Made by a program: the position numbers and the translations under genes | Assembly: GCA_963751285.1 (NCBI GenBank) | Contig: CAVVUE010000005.1 | Span: 301,482-365,481, forward strand | Source: an uncultured Acidobacteriaceae bacterium | GTDB taxonomy: Bacteria > Acidobacteriota > Terriglobia > Terriglobales > Acidobacteriaceae | Length of the DNA stretch: 64,000 nucleotides | Direction of reading: 5' to 3' | The notes under the pieces: generated by a model | What the model saw: the letters and a program-made list of their open reading frames with translations, nothing else | Database searches by the model: none | Told to the model about the DNA's origin: nothing | In this document: one piece after another, positions 10,066-19,115 of the stretch | Layout: each line of letters opens with the position of its first letter | Numbering within the stretch: position 1 is the first letter of the stretch

Positions 10066-10667
10066 CCCTGTTTCCTCTCGTCCTGAGCCTGGTGGTTCCC
10101 TTCGCGAACAGTGTCGTAATAGCCAAACGGCGGCTTGAAACGCAGCGAGTCATCGTACCCGATCAGTTTCCAGCCCATCTTGTTGTAATTTCCGCCATGC
10201 ACCGGGCTCGCAAACATCCCGATAATCGTATGCATACGGACCGTCATGAAAAATTGGCCTTTCTCGATGGCAGTCAGCAATTGGATCTGCTGCGGAGAGG
10301 AGAGCGCCGCGAAGCTCTCGGCTCCAGGGAAAAGCTCCTGCGTCTTCGCCTCAAGGTCCTGCAGCCCCTGGGTGTAGATCGGCTGGCTGTCGCTCAGAAA
10401 CGTTGCTAACCCGCGGTCGATGAAATAGACACACCGAGCCTCTCGCGCCCCCGGAGTGTCATCGGAGGGAATGATCTGGGCCGCCATCGCATCGATATCC
10501 GCGGCTTGTTCGTTGGTGAAGAACGCGAGGTCGGGCGGTCTCCCCGCAGCCGCCTGATCCGCATACGCCTCCGCATCCAGGATTCCGCTCCAGTTCGACA
10601 GCACCCACGTGGAGCTCAATCCTAGGCCGGCGCCGATCAAAAATGATCGCCGTGATTGATTGTTCAT
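10062..10667 (-). CDS. Gluconate 2-dehydrogenase subunit 3-family small subunit with Tat signal
   Basis: MNNQSRRSFLIGAGLGLSSTWVL (twin-arginine signal). About 200 aa, with a 4-nt overlap onto the GMC gene. Confidence 0.75.
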   Translation of the reverse strand: MNNQSRRSFLIGAGLGLSSTWVLSNWSGILDAEAYADQAAAGRPPDLAFFTNEQAADIDAMAAQIIPSDDTPGAREARCVYFIDRGLATFLSDSQPIYTQGLQDLEAKTQELFPGAESFAALSSPQQIQLLTAIEKGQFFMTVRMHTIIGMFASPVHGGNYNKMGWKLIGYDDSLRFKPPFGYYDTVREGNHQAQDERKQG

Positions 10668-10689
10668 CGTAATTCTTGTTCCTTTCGTG

Positions 10690-12054
10690 TTACCGGTCGA
10701 TGCGGATGGTCATGTTGTCGAGCGCGTCGTGGTCGATGGGATAGCCGAGGCCCGGCGCCGTGGGCGCATGCACATACCCCTCCGCATCGACGCGAATCTT
10801 ATCTTTGTAAAACGGCCGGTCCGCCCACTCGGCCGGATGCGGCATCTCAAACCAGAACGAGTTCGGCAGCGCCAGCTCCACCTGGAAGGCGACCGCGATG
10901 TCCGGAACAATGCCCCAGTTGTGCGGGTGGCACTCCAGGCCGTGCGCATCGGCCAGCAGCCCGACGCGAAACGCCCCAGAGATTCCCCCCACGTTGTCAT
11001 TGGTCACGCGGACCACGTCCACTGCGTCGCGTTTGATGTATTCTGCGAAATCAGCGATCGAGTAGAGGAATTCGCCGATCAGCAGGGGTAAATCGAGAGC
11101 CGCGCAAAGCTCGATCAGGCCCTCCACATCCACAGATGGGATCGGATCCTCAAACCAGGCTACAGTCAATTCGTCGAGCACGCGGCCCACCTTCATGGCC
11201 TCGGTTCGGTCGAAGCGCATGATTGGATCGCACATCAGAACAAACTCGTCGCCCACCGCTTTGCGGACTTCCCGCATCTCCTCGATGCAGCCCAGGTAGC
11301 TGGGAATCGGTGGCCCCGAGGCATGCTGTGCCGCGCCGGGATGAACCTTGTAGCCCTTGTAGCCGAGCTTCATCGCCTGCAGCGCATCGGGTACGTAGTC
11401 TTCGATCGACGGCAGCAGTTGCGAGGTCGCGTACCCCATTAGCTTGTCGCTAGTCGGATTGCCGCCCTGCAGTATCTTGTAAATCGGCCGATTCACTGCT
11501 TTGCCCAGGATGTCCCACATGCAGACGTCGGCGGCGCAGGTGTAGTAGTTGGGCCAAGCGCCGCCGCCGCGCGTGGTCATCCCGGAAAATGCGGGCCCTG
11601 CGCCCGGCCCCGTGCCCGCCGGTCTCCCAGAATGGTAGGCGCCCTTTTGTCCCGGCGAGTCGAAGCCGTAGGGATCCTTCATGCCGCTGGTTGACGTGAG
11701 CACGGGCAACAGATCCACCACACTTTTGCCTACCAGAATCGGCTTGGCCCAGTCGAGCCATCCCTTGGTAGGGTTGCGCGCGCCGATTGTGTAGTTGCCC
11801 TCGATTCCGCTGTTAGTCACGATCGAGATCAGTTCGCCGGTCTCCGATCCGTCCAGCTTCCGGAAGTTGGGAATCCTGTTGGTGTCGGTGACGTAGACCT
11901 TCACTTCTTTGATGGTCAGGTCAGGCAGATCGCCCGGCTTCACATCTACCGATTCGGCAGCTGCTGCAATAGGATTGGCGAGACCGGCCATGCCGGCCGC
12001 CGCAAGTCCGGTCGTCCCGGCCAGAAACTCACGTCGCGATGTCTTGGGAACCAT
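10690..12054 (-). CDS. Enolase-superfamily (mandelate racemase/muconate lactonizing, sugar-acid-dehydratase-like) enzyme with Tat-type signal peptide
   Basis: MVPKTSRREFLAGTTGLAAAGMAGLANPIAAAAES, followed by a capping domain (LTIKEVKVYVTD...) and barrel motifs CMWDILGKAVNRPIYKILQGG, GYKGYKVHPG, LMCDP, WFEDPIP and LLIGEF. Start taken at ATG 12054; the ORF-track start is 12090. Confidence 0.8.
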   Translation of the reverse strand: MVPKTSRREFLAGTTGLAAAGMAGLANPIAAAAESVDVKPGDLPDLTIKEVKVYVTDTNRIPNFRKLDGSETGELISIVTNSGIEGNYTIGARNPTKGWLDWAKPILVGKSVVDLLPVLTSTSGMKDPYGFDSPGQKGAYHSGRPAGTGPGAGPAFSGMTTRGGGAWPNYYTCAADVCMWDILGKAVNRPIYKILQGGNPTSDKLMGYATSQLLPSIEDYVPDALQAMKLGYKGYKVHPGAAQHASGPPIPSYLGCIEEMREVRKAVGDEFVLMCDPIMRFDRTEAMKVGRVLDELTVAWFEDPIPSVDVEGLIELCAALDLPLLIGEFLYSIADFAEYIKRDAVDVVRVTNDNVGGISGAFRVGLLADAHGLECHPHNWGIVPDIAVAFQVELALPNSFWFEMPHPAEWADRPFYKDKIRVDAEGYVHAPTAPGLGYPIDHDALDNMTIRIDR

Positions 12055-12144
12055 TTGAGCCCTTTCTGAGGTTTTCCTTCGAACGCACAAAAGGTGTCCC
12101 GGAGAGCAACTGGTTCGCTGCCCTCCGGGAATGCAGGCGGAAGC

Positions 12145-15100
12145 CTAGTAATAAAGCTTTAGTGCAAACTGGATCTGCCGCGGGTCATACGGTGCATCCC
12201 GCGTGGAGCCGATCTCGCCGAAGTTGGCGTTGGTGTAGTTGCCCGAGTTGGCGATGCCAACCACTCCGTTGCCGCTGAAGTTCGGGGCATTGAAGTTCGG
12301 ATGGTTGAAGATGTTGAAGAACTCCGCCCGGAACTGCGTCGACCAGCGCTCATTGATCCTGAAGGTCTTAAAGGTGGAGAAATCCAGGCGGTGGAATCCC
12401 GGCCCGCGGGTCGCGGTCAGGTTTGCGCCCAGAGTAGGCGCGCCCGCCACGCAGCCCGAGGGCGAAGTGGTCGAGCCGTACACGCAAGGCTGCGCAAAGG
12501 CCGCCGGATTCCCATACCAGCTCAGCTTGCCATTCGAGTCCGTATGCAGCCCTAGCTTCTGATCCTGCCCGGCTACCTTCACCACGTAGCAGGTGCTGCC
12601 GGTGGTGGTGGCTGTCGGACAGGTCAGCCCGATCGGCTGGCCGCCCTGCAAGTTGGTGAGCCAGTTGATTGACCAGCCGCCGAACAGCTTGTCGGTCAGC
12701 CCTGATTGGTTCATGAAGCGCTGGTCCTTGCCGAATGGCAGTTGATATCCGCCGCTAAAGTGGATTACCTGGGGCAGATCAAAGGCCGCATAGGTCCAGT
12801 CATAGTGCGGGCCATAGCCCGGGATGTCAGGCGCGCGGTAACCGCCCGCCGTGCCACCGCCATCCAGCAGGTCTCCGGCATTCGACAGCGTCTTCGACCA
12901 CGTGTAGGCGAAGATGAAGTTCAACCCGTTCGAGTACCGTTGCTCGAGCTTCGTCTGCAACCCGTTGTACATGCTGTGCCCTTCCGTCATGCGGAACGTC
13001 GTGCTGCGTGCGAAATCCGGGAAGGGCATCGCAGTCTTGACGTTCGAACCTGGCGCCAGCAGCGCGGTCACGTTGTTCGCGCCCTGGTTCGCCTCCTCAT
13101 GCTCCATGTCGGTCATCACGTACGCAGCTTGTATTGACAGATTCTGCGTGATCGAGTACTGCAGGGTAAGATTGGCGCTGGTATCGCGTGGCGTCTGGTA
13201 GTTATACTGGAGCGCCTGCAACGACAGACCCGAGGCGTTCACCGCAGTGGGCGTGAACGCAACGCATGAGAGGCCCGCTTCCAGCGTGGCTGTTCCGGTT
13301 TGCGTCCCGCTTCCATTCAGAGCCGTGGAGCAACCCGCGTAAGGTGTGCCGTAGCTTACAGGCGCAACCGACGACAATCCGGTGGGTGTGCCCGAGGCCA
13401 CCAGCGGAGCGTACGAAAAGCTGAAGATGAACGGATAGTTCTCCGCCAAGTCAGGCCCCGAACCATAGTTCTCCGACTGGTTGAAGAAGAGCCCGGCGCC
13501 AGCCCGCATCACCAGTTTTGGGCTGATCTGGTAGGCGAGTCCGATGCGTGGTGCGAAGTTGGTGTTCGGTACCTGCACCATGCCGTTCCCGTAGGCATCG
13601 GTCTGAAGCAACTTGATGCCGTCGGTGGCCAACAGGTCCACAAACCCATTGCCGTTCAAACTCGGCGTGTTCGCGGTTGAAGATAGCGCCCTCGGCGATT
13701 TGCCGCTGGCCGGGATGATGTAGACAGGGGTTTTGAATCCAAGCGGCCCGCCGTAAGGAACAAAGTCTGCCTGCGCGCCATTCCTCTCAAGCACCGGTGA
13801 GTAGTAATCCCAGCGCACGCCGAGATTGAGCGTCAACTTGCGCGCGATCTTCCAGTCATCCTGGAAGTAGGGCGCCAGGTACTTCCTCAGGTGGTAGTAC
13901 TTGATCATGTTCGAGGCGGTCACGGCATCGGAGCCGCCAGAGTAATTCACTCCGCCGTTCGCCGGGTAAGTTGCCGCGGTGGGCGTCAGCAGAACCTGCG
14001 CAATGCCCAGGGTGGTGCTGTTCTTGTTCGGAACATCCACGTAGCTTCCGTTGAAGTCGAACACGCCGCGCGATGCCGGCACCATGATGTTGTCGAAGAT
14101 GCCGCGCAGAATCTCAACTCCTGCCTTCAGGCTGTGTTTGCCTGCGATCTTGGTGAAATCGTCGTCGAACTGCTCGGCCTGCCCCACCTCAAGGCCCGGC
14201 AGCCACTGCGGACTGCCGATGGAGCTCAAACCGCCGATGGTGACAGCCGGAAGCCCGCCATTGTCCGGCAATGCAGGAATGCCCTGGATGCCGAACTGGG
14301 CCGGAATGCCGGTTTGGGTCGCAACCGGGCTCCACCGCGTGGAGAAGTAGTGGTTGAACCCGATCCGTGCCACGTTGATCATGGTCGGGCTGAACTCGTG
14401 TGTGTAGGCCGCTGCATCCGCGTCAACCCGCACTTGGACCACGCCCTGGGCGTAGATACCGCCATCCGCAATGCCCCCGAACGGCCCCGGGATATACGCC
14501 GGATCATTCTCCCAGCTGAACCGGTAGAAAGCCTGGTCCTTGGGCGACAAGTCGAAGTCAAAGCGCGTATCAAACGCATTCCGGTGTTCATAAAGCCGCG
14601 GCGTGGCCACGAAATTGTTGGTCACGCTCGAACTGGTGGGCAATGGGAAAATATTCATCAGCTTGACCGCATTCGAATCGAGCCGATTTGCGGGAATCTG
14701 GTTGAGCAGGCAGGCCGTGGTGAAGTTCGCGGTGGCCGGGCTGCAGGTGCTGCCCGTGCCCAGGAACGGATCGCGCACATAGCCACTCGCCGTTGCCGTC
14801 AGGCCTGAAACCGGATCCACGGTGTTGGCTGTGACCTGTCGCGTGGTCGCAGGATCCAGGATGGTACCCGGCAGAATCATGCGTCCCAGCAGGTCGGCCC
14901 GTGCTCCTGTCGAGGTCACCCGGTCCGCCAGGTTCGTGTATCCGCTGTTGCGCTCCGCCACCGTCGGGACAGACAAACCGGATTGCGTATTCCCTTGAAC
15001 CCTTTGCAATCCCTCGTAGTCGCCGAAGAGAAAGATCTTGTTCTTCTTGATCGGCCCGCCGAAGGTGCCACCGAACTGGTTCTGGCGCAGAGCGCCTTTT

Positions 15101-15960
15101 TTCACCGGCGCCTGCTCGAAGTAGTCATGCGCATCGAGAACGTCGTTGCGGAAGTACTCCCACATTCCGCCGTGGATGTCGTTCGTGCCCGACTTGATCG
15201 TCGCATTCAGAACCGCGCCCGCAGAGCGGCCGAGCTCAGCGCTAAAATCCGCGGTCTGAACCTTGAACTCCTGAACCGCCTCCAACGGTGGAAGAATGAC
15301 AAAGTTGGTGGCGATCATGCCCGTGTAATTGTTGTTGTCGACACCATCAAGCATGAAGTTATTCTGCGCTCTCTTCAGCCCGTTGGCAGTGAAAGATCCG
15401 GTGGATGCGAATCCGCGCGTATCGGGCTGCGCAAACTGCATGCCAGCGCCTATCTGGGCCAAAAAGATGAAATTGCGCCCATTGAGAGGCAAGTTGTTCT
15501 TCGTCATCTCATCGACGGTCTGGCCAACCGACGCCTCCTCGGTTTGCATGACCGGTGGCGCGCTCGTCACCTGGACAGTTTCATTCGTACCGCCGGGCCT
15601 CAGCTGTATGTTGACCATCAGAATCTGCGATATGTTCAGGGTCAGATTCTGTTGGGTCGTCTTGGCAAAACCCTGGGCCGTCACCGTCACGGTGTAATGC
15701 CCGATTCTGACTGGCGAAAACGTATATTCGCCGCTGCTGTTGGTCTGTGTACGGAGCGTGATCCCCTGGTCGGTATTCAGAAGCGTCACTTGCGCATTGG
15801 CAAGTACCGCCCCGGTGGTGTCCTGGACCGTCCCGGTAATCGATCCTTCGTCTATCTGTCCAAATGCGTACTGACTTTGGAGCAGAAAGAAGCAGAAACA
15901 AGTCAGACTGAGAAAACCTAGCTTGCTGAACCAGCCCGTAGTTTTGCGATTGGCGTCCAT
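12145..15960 (-). CDS. TonB-dependent receptor with N-terminal carboxypeptidase-regulatory-like domain
   Basis: ATG 15960 preceded by GGGAGGA. Signal peptide FLSLTCFCFFLLQSQYAFGQ, then GSITGTVQDTTGAVLANAQVTLLNTDQGITLRTQTNSSGEYTFSPVRIGHYTVTV. About 1270 aa, ending in the barrel terminus ...QIQFALKLYY. Confidence 0.85.
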   Translation of the reverse strand: MDANRKTTGWFSKLGFLSLTCFCFFLLQSQYAFGQIDEGSITGTVQDTTGAVLANAQVTLLNTDQGITLRTQTNSSGEYTFSPVRIGHYTVTVTAQGFAKTTQQNLTLNISQILMVNIQLRPGGTNETVQVTSAPPVMQTEEASVGQTVDEMTKNNLPLNGRNFIFLAQIGAGMQFAQPDTRGFASTGSFTANGLKRAQNNFMLDGVDNNNYTGMIATNFVILPPLEAVQEFKVQTADFSAELGRSAGAVLNATIKSGTNDIHGGMWEYFRNDVLDAHDYFEQAPVKKGALRQNQFGGTFGGPIKKNKIFLFGDYEGLQRVQGNTQSGLSVPTVAERNSGYTNLADRVTSTGARADLLGRMILPGTILDPATTRQVTANTVDPVSGLTATASGYVRDPFLGTGSTCSPATANFTTACLLNQIPANRLDSNAVKLMNIFPLPTSSSVTNNFVATPRLYEHRNAFDTRFDFDLSPKDQAFYRFSWENDPAYIPGPFGGIADGGIYAQGVVQVRVDADAAAYTHEFSPTMINVARIGFNHYFSTRWSPVATQTGIPAQFGIQGIPALPDNGGLPAVTIGGLSSIGSPQWLPGLEVGQAEQFDDDFTKIAGKHSLKAGVEILRGIFDNIMVPASRGVFDFNGSYVDVPNKNSTTLGIAQVLLTPTAATYPANGGVNYSGGSDAVTASNMIKYYHLRKYLAPYFQDDWKIARKLTLNLGVRWDYYSPVLERNGAQADFVPYGGPLGFKTPVYIIPASGKSPRALSSTANTPSLNGNGFVDLLATDGIKLLQTDAYGNGMVQVPNTNFAPRIGLAYQISPKLVMRAGAGLFFNQSENYGSGPDLAENYPFIFSFSYAPLVASGTPTGLSSVAPVSYGTPYAGCSTALNGSGTQTGTATLEAGLSCVAFTPTAVNASGLSLQALQYNYQTPRDTSANLTLQYSITQNLSIQAAYVMTDMEHEEANQGANNVTALLAPGSNVKTAMPFPDFARSTTFRMTEGHSMYNGLQTKLEQRYSNGLNFIFAYTWSKTLSNAGDLLDGGGTAGGYRAPDIPGYGPHYDWTYAAFDLPQVIHFSGGYQLPFGKDQRFMNQSGLTDKLFGGWSINWLTNLQGGQPIGLTCPTATTTGSTCYVVKVAGQDQKLGLHTDSNGKLSWYGNPAAFAQPCVYGSTTSPSGCVAGAPTLGANLTATRGPGFHRLDFSTFKTFRINERWSTQFRAEFFNIFNHPNFNAPNFSGNGVVGIANSGNYTNANFGEIGSTRDAPYDPRQIQFALKLYY

Positions 15961-16098
15961 TTTAATTTCCTCCCGTTGAGTCTCGGATGATCCACCCTGT
16001 TCTGCGCAGGTATGAAAGCGTTTACAAACCACGCACCTCACTCCAACGCGCAATTGCGTTGCGGCCATAGAGGCGCCTCTGAGGGATTCTTGGCAGGC

Positions 16099-16128
16099 AC
16101 GCTATCATGTTGGTCATACCATCGTCAA
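16099..16128 (-). promoter_or_regulatory. Candidate promoter plus FadR-type operator for the TonB-receptor operon
   Basis: Minus strand reads TTGACG-ATGGTATGACCAACATGA-TAGCGT. The inverted repeat TGGT-N3-ACCA (16111-16121) abuts the -35 hexamer, about 150 nt upstream of ATG 15960. Confidence 0.4.
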
Positions 16129-16697
16129 GTGCAATTTTCCTCATTTCTCAGGCTTCGAAAAGATATGCCTCTAGGCGACAGCACAACGTACGAGATTGGT
16201 CTCTAGAAGCGGGTAGATGTTTCATGCAAGGTGTTGCGAATTATGGAATTACCCGATCCGCGGCCGTAGTCGGAGTGAATAGACCGGATACGGCAAACCG
16301 CATCTTTCACCAGTGGGAAAATCTGGAAGAAGGCTTTGACATCTTGGCAAAATGGCCAGAGGGCGTGAGGAAAACCGCGCAATCGGCATTTCGCTACTGG
16401 GCTGGGGCGCAATCCCGCTGCGGCGACACCGGCTCAAGGCCGCACTTGGCGCATGACTCCGGCTCGAGCGTTTCACAAGTCCTCGCAATTCCGTTAATCT
16501 GCGAAAGGCTGGCGGTGCTCCTGTCGCCCGAAAATCGGCAGTTCTGCGGCCTAACCAACAGCGAACTATCTATGAGTGCGCCTGAAAGACCTGATTGCCA
16601 AGGGTCCTGAGGCCGTAGCCGACTCTCTCATCATTCTCTTCTCTCTCCATATCGAGTGCTCAATGTCCATGAGTGCCTCGTAGGACCGGCTCCGCGC

Positions 16698-16726
16698 TTG
16701 ACGATGGTCAGACCATACGATAAACT
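16698..16726 (+). promoter_or_regulatory. Candidate gntR promoter with FadR-type operator
   Basis: TTGACG(16698-16703)-17 nt-TAAACT(16721-16726). The spacer contains ATGGTCAGACCAT (core 16705-16715), a perfect TGGTC-N-GACCA inverted repeat, 72 nt upstream of ATG 16798. Confidence 0.45.
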
Positions 16727-16797
16727 TCGTCGTGTCGTTTAGTCTTCACAGTACGGCTGAGGCACTACCAGCTCGCGGCTCTGGGAAGAGGCATAAA

Positions 16798-17604
16798 ATG
16801 CAAGCCCTGCAACCTGCCAGGTTCACCGAGTCTAAGATTCGGCAGATAACGAAAATTTCAATAAGCGAAGAAATCGCGAAGCAGATTATGGATCTGATCT
16901 CCAGCGGGGATCTCAAACCCGGAGAGCGATTACCCGCAGAACGCGAACTGTGTGTGCAATTCGGCGCGAGTCGTTCGTCCCTTCGCGAGGCGTTACGCTG
17001 CCTGTCTATCGTTGGCGTCCTGAACGCCCGAGTTGGAGAAGGCACGTCGGTTGCGGTGGACGGCGGAAAGTTCCTGCGTAAGATCACGGAGTGGAGGCTG
17101 ATCACTGAGAGACACGACATCGAGAACTTGCTCAAAGTCCGCATGGCTTTGGAAGGAATGTCGGCGGCTGAGACTGCCATACACGGAACCAAGGAGGATA
17201 TCGATGTGCTTAGGGAGCTTCTCGAGAAGATGAGGGCATCTATTCAGGACGAAGCCCGCTTTGCGGCTCTGGACCTGGAATTTCATGTAGCGATTGCGAA
17301 TGCCTCCGGAAATGCTCTGCTTTCCGATCTGACTGTCGTGATTCGAGGTCAACTAGCCCGGGCGATGCACGAAGTTCTTCACCTTCCTCACGCTCTCCCG
17401 CTCTCTTACCGAGAGCATAGAAGAATCGTTGCGGGGATTGCACGGCATGATGCCGACGCCGCCTCGGAAGCAATGCAGGCTCATCTAAAAGCGCATCTTC
17501 GGCGGTTCGCTGACGCTACCGGCAATGGAAGCGCGCTTCGCAAGGCCAAAGGGCATTCGAATGGAGGACGTGCAATGGATCGAAAGATGAAAGCTCTTGC
17601 CTAA
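16798..17604 (+). CDS. GntR-family transcriptional regulator, FadR (FCD) subfamily
   Basis: wHTH LPAERELCVQFGASRSSLREALRCLSIVGVLNARVGEGTSV plus an FCD-type helical C-terminal domain (LEFHVAIANASGNALL...). Start taken at ATG 16798. Confidence 0.85.
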   Translation: MQALQPARFTESKIRQITKISISEEIAKQIMDLISSGDLKPGERLPAERELCVQFGASRSSLREALRCLSIVGVLNARVGEGTSVAVDGGKFLRKITEWRLITERHDIENLLKVRMALEGMSAAETAIHGTKEDIDVLRELLEKMRASIQDEARFAALDLEFHVAIANASGNALLSDLTVVIRGQLARAMHEVLHLPHALPLSYREHRRIVAGIARHDADAASEAMQAHLKAHLRRFADATGNGSALRKAKGHSNGGRAMDRKMKALA

Positions 17605-19115
17605 CGGCGGCCGGCAGAAGTCGACGGCCAAACATCCTCAGGACATTGACCATCCGGTGAAGACGATTCGATTTGAACCCCATCCATTCTCTTCATTTTG
17701 ACCTCCATAAACTTCCCCGCGCGCAGATGATTCTCGATATCTTCAAGACTGTGTCCGGTAGTCTCGGGCACAAAGTGCCACACAAACACGAAGCAGAGAA
17801 GATTCAGCGCCGCATAAACCCACATTGCACCGCCCGCTCCCAGCAGGCTCACCATGCTCAGCGCGGTTGAGGTGACGATCAGGTTTGTTCCCCATAGCGT
17901 GGCTGCGTGCACACTGCTGGCCTTGCCGCGAACGGCGAGTGGAAACATCTCCGACCCCATCAGCCACCCGATCACTTGTACACCGCCGGCGTCAAACACC
18001 ATGTAGAGCATCAGGAAGGCCACCAGGACCAATGATCCATGGGTTGTCGTTGCCATGCCCATCCTGAACATGATTCCTACAACAAAGAGGCAGATCACCG
18101 TGCCTGGTAGCATGGTCAAGGTCAGCCGTCTGCGCCCGACACGGTCGACTATGTGGCGCCCGATCGCCGTCATGGTCACAAATACGAAAGACACGCTCAG
18201 GCTGGCAAGGAGCGCTGCCGACTTAGCGAATCCGGCGCCTGACAAAACCGTCGGCGTATAGTAGATCATTGTCTCGAGCCCACTGAGCTGCGTGAACGCA
18301 GCTACTCCGTACGCAGCAATCACCGCAGGCCGCAGCCACGGTTCCGCAAGCATTTTCCAACTCGCCTTGCGCCCGCTCCCTCCCGCTGCAACCACTCCGC
18401 GAATCTCTTCCAGCTCGAAGTGCACGTCGGACCGATCGTCGCGAACCTGCTCGAGGGCGGAGCGTGCCGCGTCGATGGAGATGTTTTCCGCCAGCCACCG
18501 CGGGCTCTCCGGGAGCCATAACATGCAAAGGAAAAGAACGATGGCCGGAACGATGGCGACAGCAATCATCCACCGCCACGTCCACAAATTCTGCAGCGTA
18601 AAGCCGACAACATTGGCTACCAAAATGCCGAGAGCGATTGAGAGATTAAATGAAACCACCAATCGCCCGCGCCACTGCCTTGGAGCCAGTTCAGCGATGT
18701 ACATAGGAGTCACTTGCGACGAGCCACCCACTGCGAAACCGAGCAGGATGCGTGAAAGCGCCAGCAATTGCGGGCTCGGCGACAAACTCGAACACAGCGA
18801 TCCGGCGCAGAAGACGCAGGCCACTGTCATGATGGTTCGCTTCCTGCCTATCCGCTCCGAGATCGTGCCGCAGCTCAGCGCGCCGATAACTGCCCCCACC
18901 AGGATTGCGGAAGCCACAATTTCCTGCATCCTGTGGCCGAGGTGAAACGTGCTTGTAATTTGCAGGAGAGCGCCGGATATTATGCCCGTGTCGTAGCCGT
19001 AGAGAAACCCGGCAATCGCCGTCACTCCGGTGATGACGTACAAGAACGAGGCGATCCGTGTCCTCGATCGATCCACTGCAATGGTCACGCCGCGCTCCTC
19101 TACGTTGCAAAGCAA
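17601..19115 (-). CDS. MFS sugar-porter-family transporter
   Basis: GFLYGYDTGIISGAL, GRKRTIM, PESPRWL and PETTGHSLEDIE motifs. Convergent with gntR; the stop codons overlap (CTAA). Confidence 0.85.
   Translation of the reverse strand: MLCNVEERGVTIAVDRSRTRIASFLYVITGVTAIAGFLYGYDTGIISGALLQITSTFHLGHRMQEIVASAILVGAVIGALSCGTISERIGRKRTIMTVACVFCAGSLCSSLSPSPQLLALSRILLGFAVGGSSQVTPMYIAELAPRQWRGRLVVSFNLSIALGILVANVVGFTLQNLWTWRWMIAVAIVPAIVLFLCMLWLPESPRWLAENISIDAARSALEQVRDDRSDVHFELEEIRGVVAAGGSGRKASWKMLAEPWLRPAVIAAYGVAAFTQLSGLETMIYYTPTVLSGAGFAKSAALLASLSVSFVFVTMTAIGRHIVDRVGRRRLTLTMLPGTVICLFVVGIMFRMGMATTTHGSLVLVAFLMLYMVFDAGGVQVIGWLMGSEMFPLAVRGKASSVHAATLWGTNLIVTSTALSMVSLLGAGGAMWVYAALNLLCFVFVWHFVPETTGHSLEDIENHLRAGKFMEVKMKRMDGVQIESSSPDGQCPEDVWPSTSAGRR

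Noticed and set aside
16049-16058. The 10-bp palindrome CGCAATTGCG upstream of the TonB-receptor gene, repeated at 40586-40595.
   Set aside because: Two occurrences of a 10- to 11-mer in 64 kb are expected by chance. The contexts are unrelated, and no further copies were seen.
16107-16610. A 167-aa ORF in the long gntR / receptor intergenic spacer.
   Set aside because: There is no RBS or domain, and the composition is atypical. At most, a short stretch resembles a decayed transposase HTH (mentioned in the operator finding).
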